NCBI GenBank assembly: GCA_016187485.1
Contig: JACPJO010000005.1
Coordinates: 71,499 to 135,498, forward strand
Origin: Candidatus Uhrbacteria bacterium
GTDB taxonomy: Bacteria; Patescibacteriota; Patescibacteriia; UBA9934; UBA10169
DNA length: 64,000 bases
Reading direction: 5' to 3'
The notes beneath the pieces were generated by a model. It had not been told where the DNA came from. It did not search any database and was given only the letters and a program-made list of their open reading frames with translations. Numbering within the stretch: position 1 is the first letter of the stretch; each line of letters begins with the position of its first letter. This document shows positions 9,466-17,047 of the stretch, one piece after another. The translations under genes were made by a program, and so were the position numbers.

Positions 9466-10458
9466 CTAGTTTTTACGGGCCAGGTCCATGAGGGCACGGC
9501 GGACCTCGACCTCTGCTTTTGTCGCGCGCCACGTTTGGAAGGATAGATCGCCGTGGACGTTGGTCATGGGCTTTGTGGCCCGACCGACCTTTGCCGCGAT
9601 CTCGCACGCGACCTCTTCGGTCATCTCACGTCCCACGGGCAGTTCGAGTACGCGCGGCTGTGGCCGCACCGAGGAGATGACGATATTCACCCGTTCGCAC
9701 ACAGTGCTCTGGAACCATGCTCCGATCGAGAGCGTCATGGTCGAGAAGCTGATGGCGAGACGTGGAGAGACCTTCACGAACGCCCCACGGAACCCTCTGA
9801 CTGGGCGCGGCACGCGAATGTTGCGAATGAACGTTTCGGACGGAAGAGCAAGGTGGCCCGGGAAGAAGCCGCTTGAAGTGAGGGCATCTGCCAGGCGTAC
9901 GTCACGGATCCCCTTGTGTGTGTGGATTTCGAGGCTGGCACCGTAGAGAAGGAGCGGACCCACCGTGTCGCCCGAACGAGCGGCAACGCAGGCTGTCTGG
10001 CTCCCCGTGACGTGGCATGTATTCCCGTCCTTCTTGAGGCAGCCGCCAAGCGCTGCTCGCCACAAGGAATCCTTGTTGTACCAGTCGCAGCGCGTATCCA
10101 GAGCGATGTTGCCGCCGATCGTGCCGGCACTCCTGTGCTGTGGTGCGCCGACCAGCCCTGCGCTCTTCGCGAGCAGAGGAAGTCGGTCAGTTAACCACCA
10201 CTCCACTTCTGCCAGTGTCGTGAGCGCGCCAATGGAAATGAAGGGCTGACGCGGGTCGTCCGTGGTGCCGCGGAAGCCTCGGATTTCCTCGAGACTCACG
10301 AAGGTCGGCGCCTCCCCGTAGAGGCCGTACTTTGCGTTGTAGAGAACGTCGGTGCCGCCCGCCACGAGGATGGATCCCGGATGCTCCTGCCGTATGGCAA
10401 GGAGAGTGGGGATCGACTGGGGCGTAAGACACCGAGTGCCTAACGGAAGCGGGAGCAT
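9466..10458 (-). CDS. FAD-binding subunit of a xanthine dehydrogenase/CO dehydrogenase-family molybdoenzyme (CoxM/XdhB-like)
   Basis: The start is set at the internal Met (MLPLPLGTRCLTPQSIPTLLAIRQEHPGSILVAGGTDVL...), 1 nt downstream of the large-subunit stop. The product matches the FAD-binding domain of molybdopterin dehydrogenases (GGTDVL, AGTIGGNIA). Confidence 0.8.
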   Translation of the reverse strand: MLPLPLGTRCLTPQSIPTLLAIRQEHPGSILVAGGTDVLYNAKYGLYGEAPTFVSLEEIRGFRGTTDDPRQPFISIGALTTLAEVEWWLTDRLPLLAKSAGLVGAPQHRSAGTIGGNIALDTRCDWYNKDSLWRAALGGCLKKDGNTCHVTGSQTACVAARSGDTVGPLLLYGASLEIHTHKGIRDVRLADALTSSGFFPGHLALPSETFIRNIRVPRPVRGFRGAFVKVSPRLAISFSTMTLSIGAWFQSTVCERVNIVISSVRPQPRVLELPVGREMTEEVACEIAAKVGRATKPMTNVHGDLSFQTWRATKAEVEVRRALMDLARKN

Positions 10459-10459
10459 G

Positions 10460-13105
10460 CTACGTCTCTCCCTTCTTGCGGATGGCGGCGAGAACACGTG
10501 CGCCCGTGAAGGGCATGTCGCTTGCCACTGCGCCGCCGGTGGCGTGCAGGATGGCGTTTCCGATGGCGGGCGGCACGGGAAGGAGCGGCCCCTCCCCCGC
10601 TTCCTTTGCCCCATGCGGACTCATGGGGTCGTGGGTTTCGATGATGAACGATTCAACCTCTGGAGCATCGAGTGCCGTAGCGATGCCATGCAGAAGAAGG
10701 TTGGGCTGCTCCAGGAGTCCCCGCGTGCCATATGTCATGCACTCGAAGCGCGCCTCGGAGTCACCCATGGACACGGATCCCTGGATCTGTCCGTGGACGG
10801 CCGAAGGGTTGATGGGCTTTCCACAATCGTGTGCTGCCCAGACGCGCTCGACCCGCACTTCCCCCGTCTCGTTGTCCACGTGCACAAGAGCCACGACGGC
10901 CGTCATGCTATACGTGGGTGAGGCGCCGATGGTGTTGCCGCGGTAGTCGTGCCCATGCGCTTTCACTGGAATGGTGAAGTAGGTGCCTGTGCATGACGGC
11001 GTGCGCGCTCCGCGGTCGAGTTCACGCCGGATTTCACGCGCGGCGTTTACCGCTGCCGTGCCGAGCATGAATGCGCACCGCGAGGAGTAGGCACCGAGGT
11101 CCACTGGACCCAGGGCCGTATCTCCGGTAGTGACGGTGATCCGTTTGCGAGCGATGCCGGTCTCTGCCTCTGCGAGGAGGATCAGCATCATCTCGAGTCC
11201 TTGGCCGATGTCGTTTGCCTGGGTGCAGATGTAGAGCCGTCCGTCCTCCGCCACCGTCATGGTGACGTTAGACTGTGCATCGTCGCGCTGGCCCAAGATG
11301 GCGCCTGCCGTGCCCGAGATGTAGGCGCCCACGGCACAGCCGAGACCAAAGCCGGAGGGAAGCTCGTGGCGATCTTTCCAGCCGCTTGCTTCCTCCACCA
11401 CACGCAGACACTCGAGGATACCAGAACTTGGCACGTGGAAGCCGTTCACCATCTCCTCGCCAGCAGCGATGGCGCCGCGCCGGCGAACCAGGATCGGATC
11501 CAAGCCGAGCTTGGAGGCCGCCATGTCGAGAAGCGTCTCGAAGGCGAACCGCGGTTGGGGTGTGCCGTGCCCTCGCTTGGGACCTTGCGGCGGCTTGTTC
11601 GTGTAGATGCGCCGCGAACGAGCGCGGTAGGCGCCGATCTTGATGGGCGCACCGAGGAGCTGAAGCAGGTAGTAGACCGTGATGGGACCGAACGAGGCGA
11701 AGGCTCCGCCGTCGAGCAGGATGTCTGACTCCACGCCCAGCACTCGACCACCTGCGTCCATGGCAAGACGCATCTGAATGCTCGTGGTGTGTCGTCCACG
11801 GTGGAAGGTGAAGACCTCCTCGCGCGTGTACTGCATCTTTATGGGCCTCTCCGTGACCTGCGCCAGCTTGGCCGCGCACAAGTCGATTTCGGAGATGTCG
11901 GAGTCCCCGCCGAATGCCCCGCCCTTTTTGAGCTGGGTCACGCGGACGTTTTCCTCTGCGACACCCAGCACGTGCGCCAGAGCAACCTGTAGGTAATGAC
12001 TCACCTGTGTGCCAGAGTAGACGTGCAGCTTTTCCCCCGACCAGACAGCGATGACGGCGTGCGTCTCGAGCGCGGCGTGGTTGGAGCCGGGGTACGTGAA
12101 TGTCCCCTCGACGACCACAGCAGCGTCTCGAAACGCCCCCTCCACATCACCGAAGTCCGGCAATTCGACTTCCTTGTACACGTTGTCCGCCCTTGGCGTT
12201 CCCTTGCGAGGATCCACCGCATGGACAAGCGGGGCACCAGCCGCAAGCGCGTCCTTCATGGTAAGCACGGCGGGCAAAGGCTCGTAGCTCACATGGATGG
12301 CCGCGCATGCACGAAGCGCCGTCTGTTCATCCACGGCTGCGACAGCCGCGACGGCCTGGCCCACGTAGAAGACCTCGTGCTGCGCGAGCGCATGCTCGTC
12401 GGCTGCCCAGGGAATGATCCCGTAGGACACCAGCAAGTCCTTGCCCGTGATGACCGCAAAGACGCCTGGCATGGCCTGTGCGTCCTTCGTATCCACCGAC
12501 AGGATCCGCGCGTGCGCATGAGGCGAACGCAGAACCTTGCCTACCAACATGCCGGGCAGGTGGACGTCGTCCGTGTATCCGGCCGATCCATTGGCCCTCT
12601 CCTGCGCGTCGAACTTCACGATCGCATCACCGGGTGCCTCGCGCATTCCTGCGGCAACCTCTACAGCGTCGAAGATGGGGTTGTACCCCGTGCAGCGGCA
12701 GAGGTTTCCCGAAAGCGCGCGCTTGATGGCCGGGCGCGTGGGGCGCGTGTCACGACGCAGAAGCGCCAACCCCGACATCACCATGCCGGGCGTGCACGCG
12801 CCACATTGCGTTCCCTGACACGTACCCATTGCTGTCTGCAGGGCGTGGCCGCGCGGATCGCGGAACGCTCCCTCGATTGTCTCGACCGAATGTCCCTCGG
12901 TCTGGCGAGCCAACGTGAGGCACGACAGCCGCGGCTTGCCGTCTACGAGGACCGTGCACGTTCCGCACGTTCCACTATCGCACCCCTGTTTCGTTCCCGT
13001 CTGCCCCGCCTTGCGAAGGAGCTCGAGGAGCGTACGGGAGTCCGCGACATCTTCGAACGTCGCCTGATCTCCATTTAGCGTGAAGATGAGAGGCCGGTTG
13101 GCCAT
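10460..13105 (-). CDS. Fused [2Fe-2S] ferredoxin plus molybdopterin-binding subunit of an XDH/aldehyde-oxidase/CoxL-family hydroxylase
   Basis: The N-terminus has a plant-type 2Fe-2S site (CDSGTCGTCTV...C) and a second cluster motif (GNLCRCTGY). About 730 aa of Mo-pterin-binding large-subunit sequence follows. The locus is about 65% GC. Confidence 0.85.
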   Translation of the reverse strand: MANRPLIFTLNGDQATFEDVADSRTLLELLRKAGQTGTKQGCDSGTCGTCTVLVDGKPRLSCLTLARQTEGHSVETIEGAFRDPRGHALQTAMGTCQGTQCGACTPGMVMSGLALLRRDTRPTRPAIKRALSGNLCRCTGYNPIFDAVEVAAGMREAPGDAIVKFDAQERANGSAGYTDDVHLPGMLVGKVLRSPHAHARILSVDTKDAQAMPGVFAVITGKDLLVSYGIIPWAADEHALAQHEVFYVGQAVAAVAAVDEQTALRACAAIHVSYEPLPAVLTMKDALAAGAPLVHAVDPRKGTPRADNVYKEVELPDFGDVEGAFRDAAVVVEGTFTYPGSNHAALETHAVIAVWSGEKLHVYSGTQVSHYLQVALAHVLGVAEENVRVTQLKKGGAFGGDSDISEIDLCAAKLAQVTERPIKMQYTREEVFTFHRGRHTTSIQMRLAMDAGGRVLGVESDILLDGGAFASFGPITVYYLLQLLGAPIKIGAYRARSRRIYTNKPPQGPKRGHGTPQPRFAFETLLDMAASKLGLDPILVRRRGAIAAGEEMVNGFHVPSSGILECLRVVEEASGWKDRHELPSGFGLGCAVGAYISGTAGAILGQRDDAQSNVTMTVAEDGRLYICTQANDIGQGLEMMLILLAEAETGIARKRITVTTGDTALGPVDLGAYSSRCAFMLGTAAVNAAREIRRELDRGARTPSCTGTYFTIPVKAHGHDYRGNTIGASPTYSMTAVVALVHVDNETGEVRVERVWAAHDCGKPINPSAVHGQIQGSVSMGDSEARFECMTYGTRGLLEQPNLLLHGIATALDAPEVESFIIETHDPMSPHGAKEAGEGPLLPVPPAIGNAILHATGGAVASDMPFTGARVLAAIRKKGET

Positions 13106-13175
13106 GAGATCCTCCGATGCAAAGCCACCGTCAGGATTGACGGTGGCCTATCTTATCCATGCAAATCCTCCCCTG

Positions 13176-13943
13176 TCAAAGCTCGCCGGACGCTTTAAGG
13201 GCGCTTGTATAAAGGCAATAATCACACTCTTTCGATCGGGCTGGCAGGCGGCCATCAAGACATGCTCGCGCGTTGACCAACGCTGACTCTACCCAAGCGG
13301 TATTGCCGGTATAGGGAATCACTTTCACGTCGAATTCCAGTTTTCCGTCGAATGCTTTGCGGTCAGTCTTTCCGTTGCAATAGATGAAGTATCCCGTATC
13401 AGAAACCACAAAACCATTTTGCCGGAGTAGCCATTGGTAGATTTCCATTTGATTCTTGTAACTCTTCTGCCACTCGGCATCGAGTCCGACCTCGCCATCT
13501 TTTGCCGTGGACTTATAATCTACGACAATCAATTTCCCATCTCGTCCAACCCACACGTCGTCTACAGCACCAGTCAGAATAAAATTTGTTGGTTCGTGAT
13601 GATACTGCACGCCCACAAAATTTTCTCGCCATGCATCCAAGTCATCGTGAGCAAAAGGAACCGCATCGATGCCATAGGTCTCCATGAGAGGGTGTGGAGT
13701 GCCAGCCGCCCGATGAAGATCGAATTCTTTTTTAAGGAGAGTGTCTACGGCAGAGTTCAGATTAAAGGGAAACCCGGGCGGGCGATCTACACCAAGCCGG
13801 CGATCCACGTAAAAACACCGTGGGCAATTCAAAAAATTTTCGAGCTTTGAGCGCGAGAGCTTGAACGGCTCGGGAGAGGCAGGATCGAAAATGTTTCTTG
13901 TCCGGACGCCCTTGTAGTATTGCGACATATCTAGAGAAGACAA
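13176..13943 (-). CDS. PD-(D/E)XK nuclease, Cas4/RecB-nuclease-like with probable Fe-S cysteines (no CRISPR context)
   Basis: The product has cysteines at both ends: N-terminal CPRCFYVDR and C-terminal C-x12-CDYC. IVVDYKS is a D..EXK-type motif. Confidence 0.6.
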   Translation of the reverse strand: MSSLDMSQYYKGVRTRNIFDPASPEPFKLSRSKLENFLNCPRCFYVDRRLGVDRPPGFPFNLNSAVDTLLKKEFDLHRAAGTPHPLMETYGIDAVPFAHDDLDAWRENFVGVQYHHEPTNFILTGAVDDVWVGRDGKLIVVDYKSTAKDGEVGLDAEWQKSYKNQMEIYQWLLRQNGFVVSDTGYFIYCNGKTDRKAFDGKLEFDVKVIPYTGNTAWVESALVNARACLDGRLPARSKECDYCLYTSALKASGEL

Positions 13944-14524
13944 CCGAGAAGAACTTTTATATCATCAAGAAGGATCGTTTTTTGATGGATATTATAGATG
14001 GCGACGGCGGGATGGTAGAGGGGAACGATGGCAAGGTTTCCCCATGGTGCCGAAACGCGAAAGGTTTTTCCGTGCAAGCGACTGATGGAGGCAAGCTCGG
14101 CCTCAAGCCCAAAACGGCGCAGGAGGTAGTCCATCGAAAAGCGGCCGAGAGTGGCAAGAACTTTGGGACGGATGATGTCTATTTGTCGCTCGAGAAGTGG
14201 GCCATAGAGGGCAATTTCGTCGGGAAATGGGTCGCGATTTTGCGGTGGGCGATCCTTTACGACGTTCGTGATGTAGACCTCCTCGCGTTTGAGGCCGATG
14301 GATTCAATGAGTTCGTCTAAAATACGTCCGGCGGCTCCACAGAACGGTCGTCCCGTCGCCGCTTCGTTCCTCCCCGGCGCCTCACCCACAAACATGATCT
14401 CAGCATCATGATTTCCCTCGCCCAGGACGGGCAGGACGCCATTTTGTCGCCGCTCATCGGCGAGTGTTGACGAGAGTGCCACCACTTCGTCTCGTATCTG
14501 GCGCATGAGATCTTTCTTATCCAT
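13931..14524 (-). CDS. Family 4 uracil-DNA glycosylase
   Basis: The translation carries GEAPGRNEAATGRPFCGAAGRILDEL and the YITNVVKDRPPQNRDP motif. Confidence 0.85.
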   Translation of the reverse strand: MDKKDLMRQIRDEVVALSSTLADERRQNGVLPVLGEGNHDAEIMFVGEAPGRNEAATGRPFCGAAGRILDELIESIGLKREEVYITNVVKDRPPQNRDPFPDEIALYGPLLERQIDIIRPKVLATLGRFSMDYLLRRFGLEAELASISRLHGKTFRVSAPWGNLAIVPLYHPAVAIYNIHQKTILLDDIKVLLGCLL

Positions 14525-14585
14525 ACGCGCCTATTCTACTGGTATTGAAACTTTACGCCAATTCCTTTACAATGCCGGGGCATTT

Positions 14586-14661
14586 CGGGCTATAGCTCAG
14601 TAGGTAGAGCGCTACGTTCGGGTCGTAGAGGCCGTGGGTTCGAGTCCCGCTAGCCCGACCA
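14586..14661 (+). tRNA. tRNA-Pro (anticodon CGG)
   Basis: Manual cloverleaf: acceptor CGGGCTA/TAGCCCG, anticodon loop TTCGGGT, T-loop TTCGAGT, and an encoded CCA. Confidence 0.75.
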
Positions 14662-14679
14662 GAGATGCTTATGTCTTGA

Positions 14680-14755
14680 CGGGCCGTGGCGCAGTTGGTA
14701 GCGCGCTTGCATGGGGTGCAAGAGGTCGCCAGTTCGAGTCTGGTCGGCCCGACCA
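14680..14755 (+). tRNA. tRNA-Pro (anticodon GGG)
   Basis: Manual cloverleaf: acceptor CGGGCCG/CGGCCCG, anticodon stem CTTGC/GCAAG with loop ATGGGGT, T-loop TTCGAGT, and an encoded CCA. Confidence 0.7.
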
Positions 14756-14787
14756 AAAAACAGACCGTGAGGTCCGTTTTTGCTTTA

Positions 14788-15900
14788 CTACTCACTGTTT
14801 GAATCATCTTCCTCGTCATGTACTTTATGCCTAGCCCAACCATAAAGGGCGAGCGCCGCCGCTTTATTAATTGGTTTTCGGTTGACGTCACCAAAAATAG
14901 GGTTTCGGAAGCTTTTCTGTGGTCTTGAAAGAATCGGCCCAGACCCATCATCCATTTGGAGCATAAGGGCGGAATAAATTTTTGACTCCTCAGGAGTCCT
15001 TACCAGCATCTTCAAATGTTCATAGCAAATACGTTTAAGTTCTTTATCCTTTAAACGGATAGCGTATTCTGCTAAAAAGAGCCAATCTTCTCGCTGTAGA
15101 TGATCATGACCGAACTCTGCGAAAGCTACCAACAACTTCTCTAACAAAACACGCTCGACTTTTGTACCCCTTGTACCTTTTGTTTGCTGGCCAGCTTTAG
15201 TTGCAATTTTCTCCCTTAAAAACTTCAAAAAGTCTCTGCCAGACATCTGTTTTGAAAGTCTCCGAAGGTGTCCGAGCAAAGGCCTATGATTGTTTGTTTT
15301 TCTATTCAGAATTACGTTTACGTGTGCTTTCAGGTACTCTTCATCTTCTGGATTTCCTCCAAGTTCCAAGAATCTCTGAAAATACATATCATCATCGCCC
15401 CTTCGCGATGTATTAGCTAGATAGATGCAGTCCTCGAGACTCGTGATATCCGTTATGGGTGTGTTCATGAGCTCTGCACGGTGCTCCTGTAAGCCTGTAG
15501 AACCTTTTGTTGGTTCTTTCTGAGTTTTTTCCCACTCAGGTGCAATTTGAGAAAGACGTTTCTCTAAAAGATACGAATATAGGCCGCGTGCTTCAGTTGA
15601 TCTCGAAAAATCATAAACGTGCAACAATGCCCGGACATTACTCTCGTCTGCCCTATCAAGATGTTTACGAAAGATAGACGTAGCACGACTCTTTAGATCA
15701 TGGTTACTCAACACGACCTTCATAATATTTTTCAGTGTGTCTGGGTTAAACCAATCTACTCGCTCAATAAGAGCAAGTGCCTCTCTTGGTTTATTTTCGT
15801 TTACGAACTGGGTTATAAGTTCTATGATCTGGCGTCGCTGTTCCAGACACAACCTCTCTTCGTCGTTAAGCTCTGCCCAGGATTTCTCATATTTTGCCAT
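14788..15900 (-). CDS. Orphan protein of unknown function in an AT-rich (~42% GC) segment beside the tRNA-Pro pair
   Basis: The 370-aa ORF has no recognisable domain. Its composition is sharply lower in GC than the flanking genes. Confidence 0.6.
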   Translation of the reverse strand: MAKYEKSWAELNDEERLCLEQRRQIIELITQFVNENKPREALALIERVDWFNPDTLKNIMKVVLSNHDLKSRATSIFRKHLDRADESNVRALLHVYDFSRSTEARGLYSYLLEKRLSQIAPEWEKTQKEPTKGSTGLQEHRAELMNTPITDITSLEDCIYLANTSRRGDDDMYFQRFLELGGNPEDEEYLKAHVNVILNRKTNNHRPLLGHLRRLSKQMSGRDFLKFLREKIATKAGQQTKGTRGTKVERVLLEKLLVAFAEFGHDHLQREDWLFLAEYAIRLKDKELKRICYEHLKMLVRTPEESKIYSALMLQMDDGSGPILSRPQKSFRNPIFGDVNRKPINKAAALALYGWARHKVHDEEDDSNSE

Positions 15901-15906
15901 AACGAA

Positions 15907-16488
15907 CTATATCATCTTTTCTACCCCCTCCCAATGAATATTATTTAGGAACGCCTCCAGATACGCCGACTTGTTCGTGCCGTATTGCTTCGCGAAGGCG
16001 TGCTCCCAACAGTCGAGGGCAAGGAGGATTTCGACGCCGGCGGGGACGTTGTTGGCGTGCTCAAAGACGACATAGTGCTCGAGTGTCTCTTCGCCGCGAT
16101 TGTTGACGAGAAGCACCCATCCCGGTGTCGCAGAAGCACAGGCCAGGAGATCCTGCTTCCAGGCATCCATCGAGCCGAAACTTTTCACAAGCGCGACCTC
16201 AAGAACCGATGGAATGACAGATCCGCTTGGGGTGAGCGCGTCAAAATAGAGTTCGTGCAGCTTCGCGCCGTTCCATGCAACAGATTTTCTGCGTACAAGC
16301 TCGCTGTGCGGCGCGTACGAATAATTTCCCTTCTTCTCAACATTTGGAAGCGTCGCGCAAATTTCGTTATACTTTTTTACGTACCCCTCGTAGAGTTTCA
16401 GGTGCTCCTCTATGAGATCCGCGTTGAACCCAGGAAGAGAGCCAATAAGATGCTGGTAATTTTTCACGTCGTGCATACTACTCGACAA
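15907..16488 (-). CDS. sodA: Fe/Mn superoxide dismutase family protein (divergent N-terminal domain)
   Basis: The C-terminal DCWEHAFA (DVWEHAYY-like) and the WNGAKLHELYF region are conserved. In the N-terminal HHxKHH region the histidines are mostly replaced (EEHLKLYEGYV). Confidence 0.7.
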   Translation of the reverse strand: MSSSMHDVKNYQHLIGSLPGFNADLIEEHLKLYEGYVKKYNEICATLPNVEKKGNYSYAPHSELVRRKSVAWNGAKLHELYFDALTPSGSVIPSVLEVALVKSFGSMDAWKQDLLACASATPGWVLLVNNRGEETLEHYVVFEHANNVPAGVEILLALDCWEHAFAKQYGTNKSAYLEAFLNNIHWEGVEKMI

Positions 16489-17002
16489 TCAATGTTCCTC
16501 CCATCGAACCGTGGAAGTTGCAACGAAACGGGAATGTACCAGTGGTGTCTGCGACAAATTCTGTCGTCACAGGCGTTCCCGCGCCGAGCGTAAGGTTCAC
16601 GTTGTATCCCGCGAGCGTGTAGGTGTGCAGCCCATCTATACTCAGTGCTTGCAGAGTGACTGTGGAGCCCTTCTTTACCCGAATGGTGGAAGGTTCGAAC
16701 CCAGAAAACCTCGCCAACACCGTTACACGAGTTTCTTCTGGCTCCGGTTCTGCAGGAGGAGTTTGTGTGGGTTGGTTTTCCTGACCCTGTTGTGGTTCTG
16801 GCTTCGTTGGAGGGGTCTCTGGCGGTGCGGCCTCGTTCCCTTCTGCGGCAGGAACTTCTCCCTGAACATCTTCTACAACGATCGCATTTGCTGGTTCTTC
16901 CTCGTTCGAATCAATCGTTATCTGCGTTTGACTGGCACAACCGGCACCGATAAGGATCACTGCCGCGAGTGCAAAAGCACTATATTTGTTGGGGAATTTC
17001 AT
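16478..17002 (-). CDS. Cupredoxin-like (type-1 copper) lipoprotein with a Pro/Glu-rich linker
   Basis: The start is set at MKFPNKYSAFALAAVILIGAGC, which carries a lipobox. The C-terminus has the LHTYTL ... FRCNFHGSMGG His/Cys/His/Met copper-site pattern. Confidence 0.6.
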   Translation of the reverse strand: MKFPNKYSAFALAAVILIGAGCASQTQITIDSNEEEPANAIVVEDVQGEVPAAEGNEAAPPETPPTKPEPQQGQENQPTQTPPAEPEPEETRVTVLARFSGFEPSTIRVKKGSTVTLQALSIDGLHTYTLAGYNVNLTLGAGTPVTTEFVADTTGTFPFRCNFHGSMGGTLIVE

Positions 17003-17047
17003 AGTAAAGTTATTATAACATACCGCCTCTGGTATAATAGGACTGCT

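Noticed and set aside
11201-13078. Plus-strand ORFs of 360, 175 and 122 aa, plus a minus-strand 203-aa ORF, opposite or overlapping the XDH large-subunit gene
   Set aside because: They are Arg/Gly/Pro-rich low-complexity antisense or out-of-frame shadows inside a confidently assigned 881-aa gene.
13170-14530. Possible CRISPR-Cas locus suggested by the Cas4-like nuclease
   Set aside because: No repeat-spacer array and no cas1/cas2 or effector genes are visible anywhere in the window. The nuclease is treated as a stand-alone RecB-family enzyme.
14553-14951. 132-aa ORF overlapping both tRNA-Pro genes
   Set aside because: It is encoded antisense across two clear tRNA cloverleaves and is not coding.
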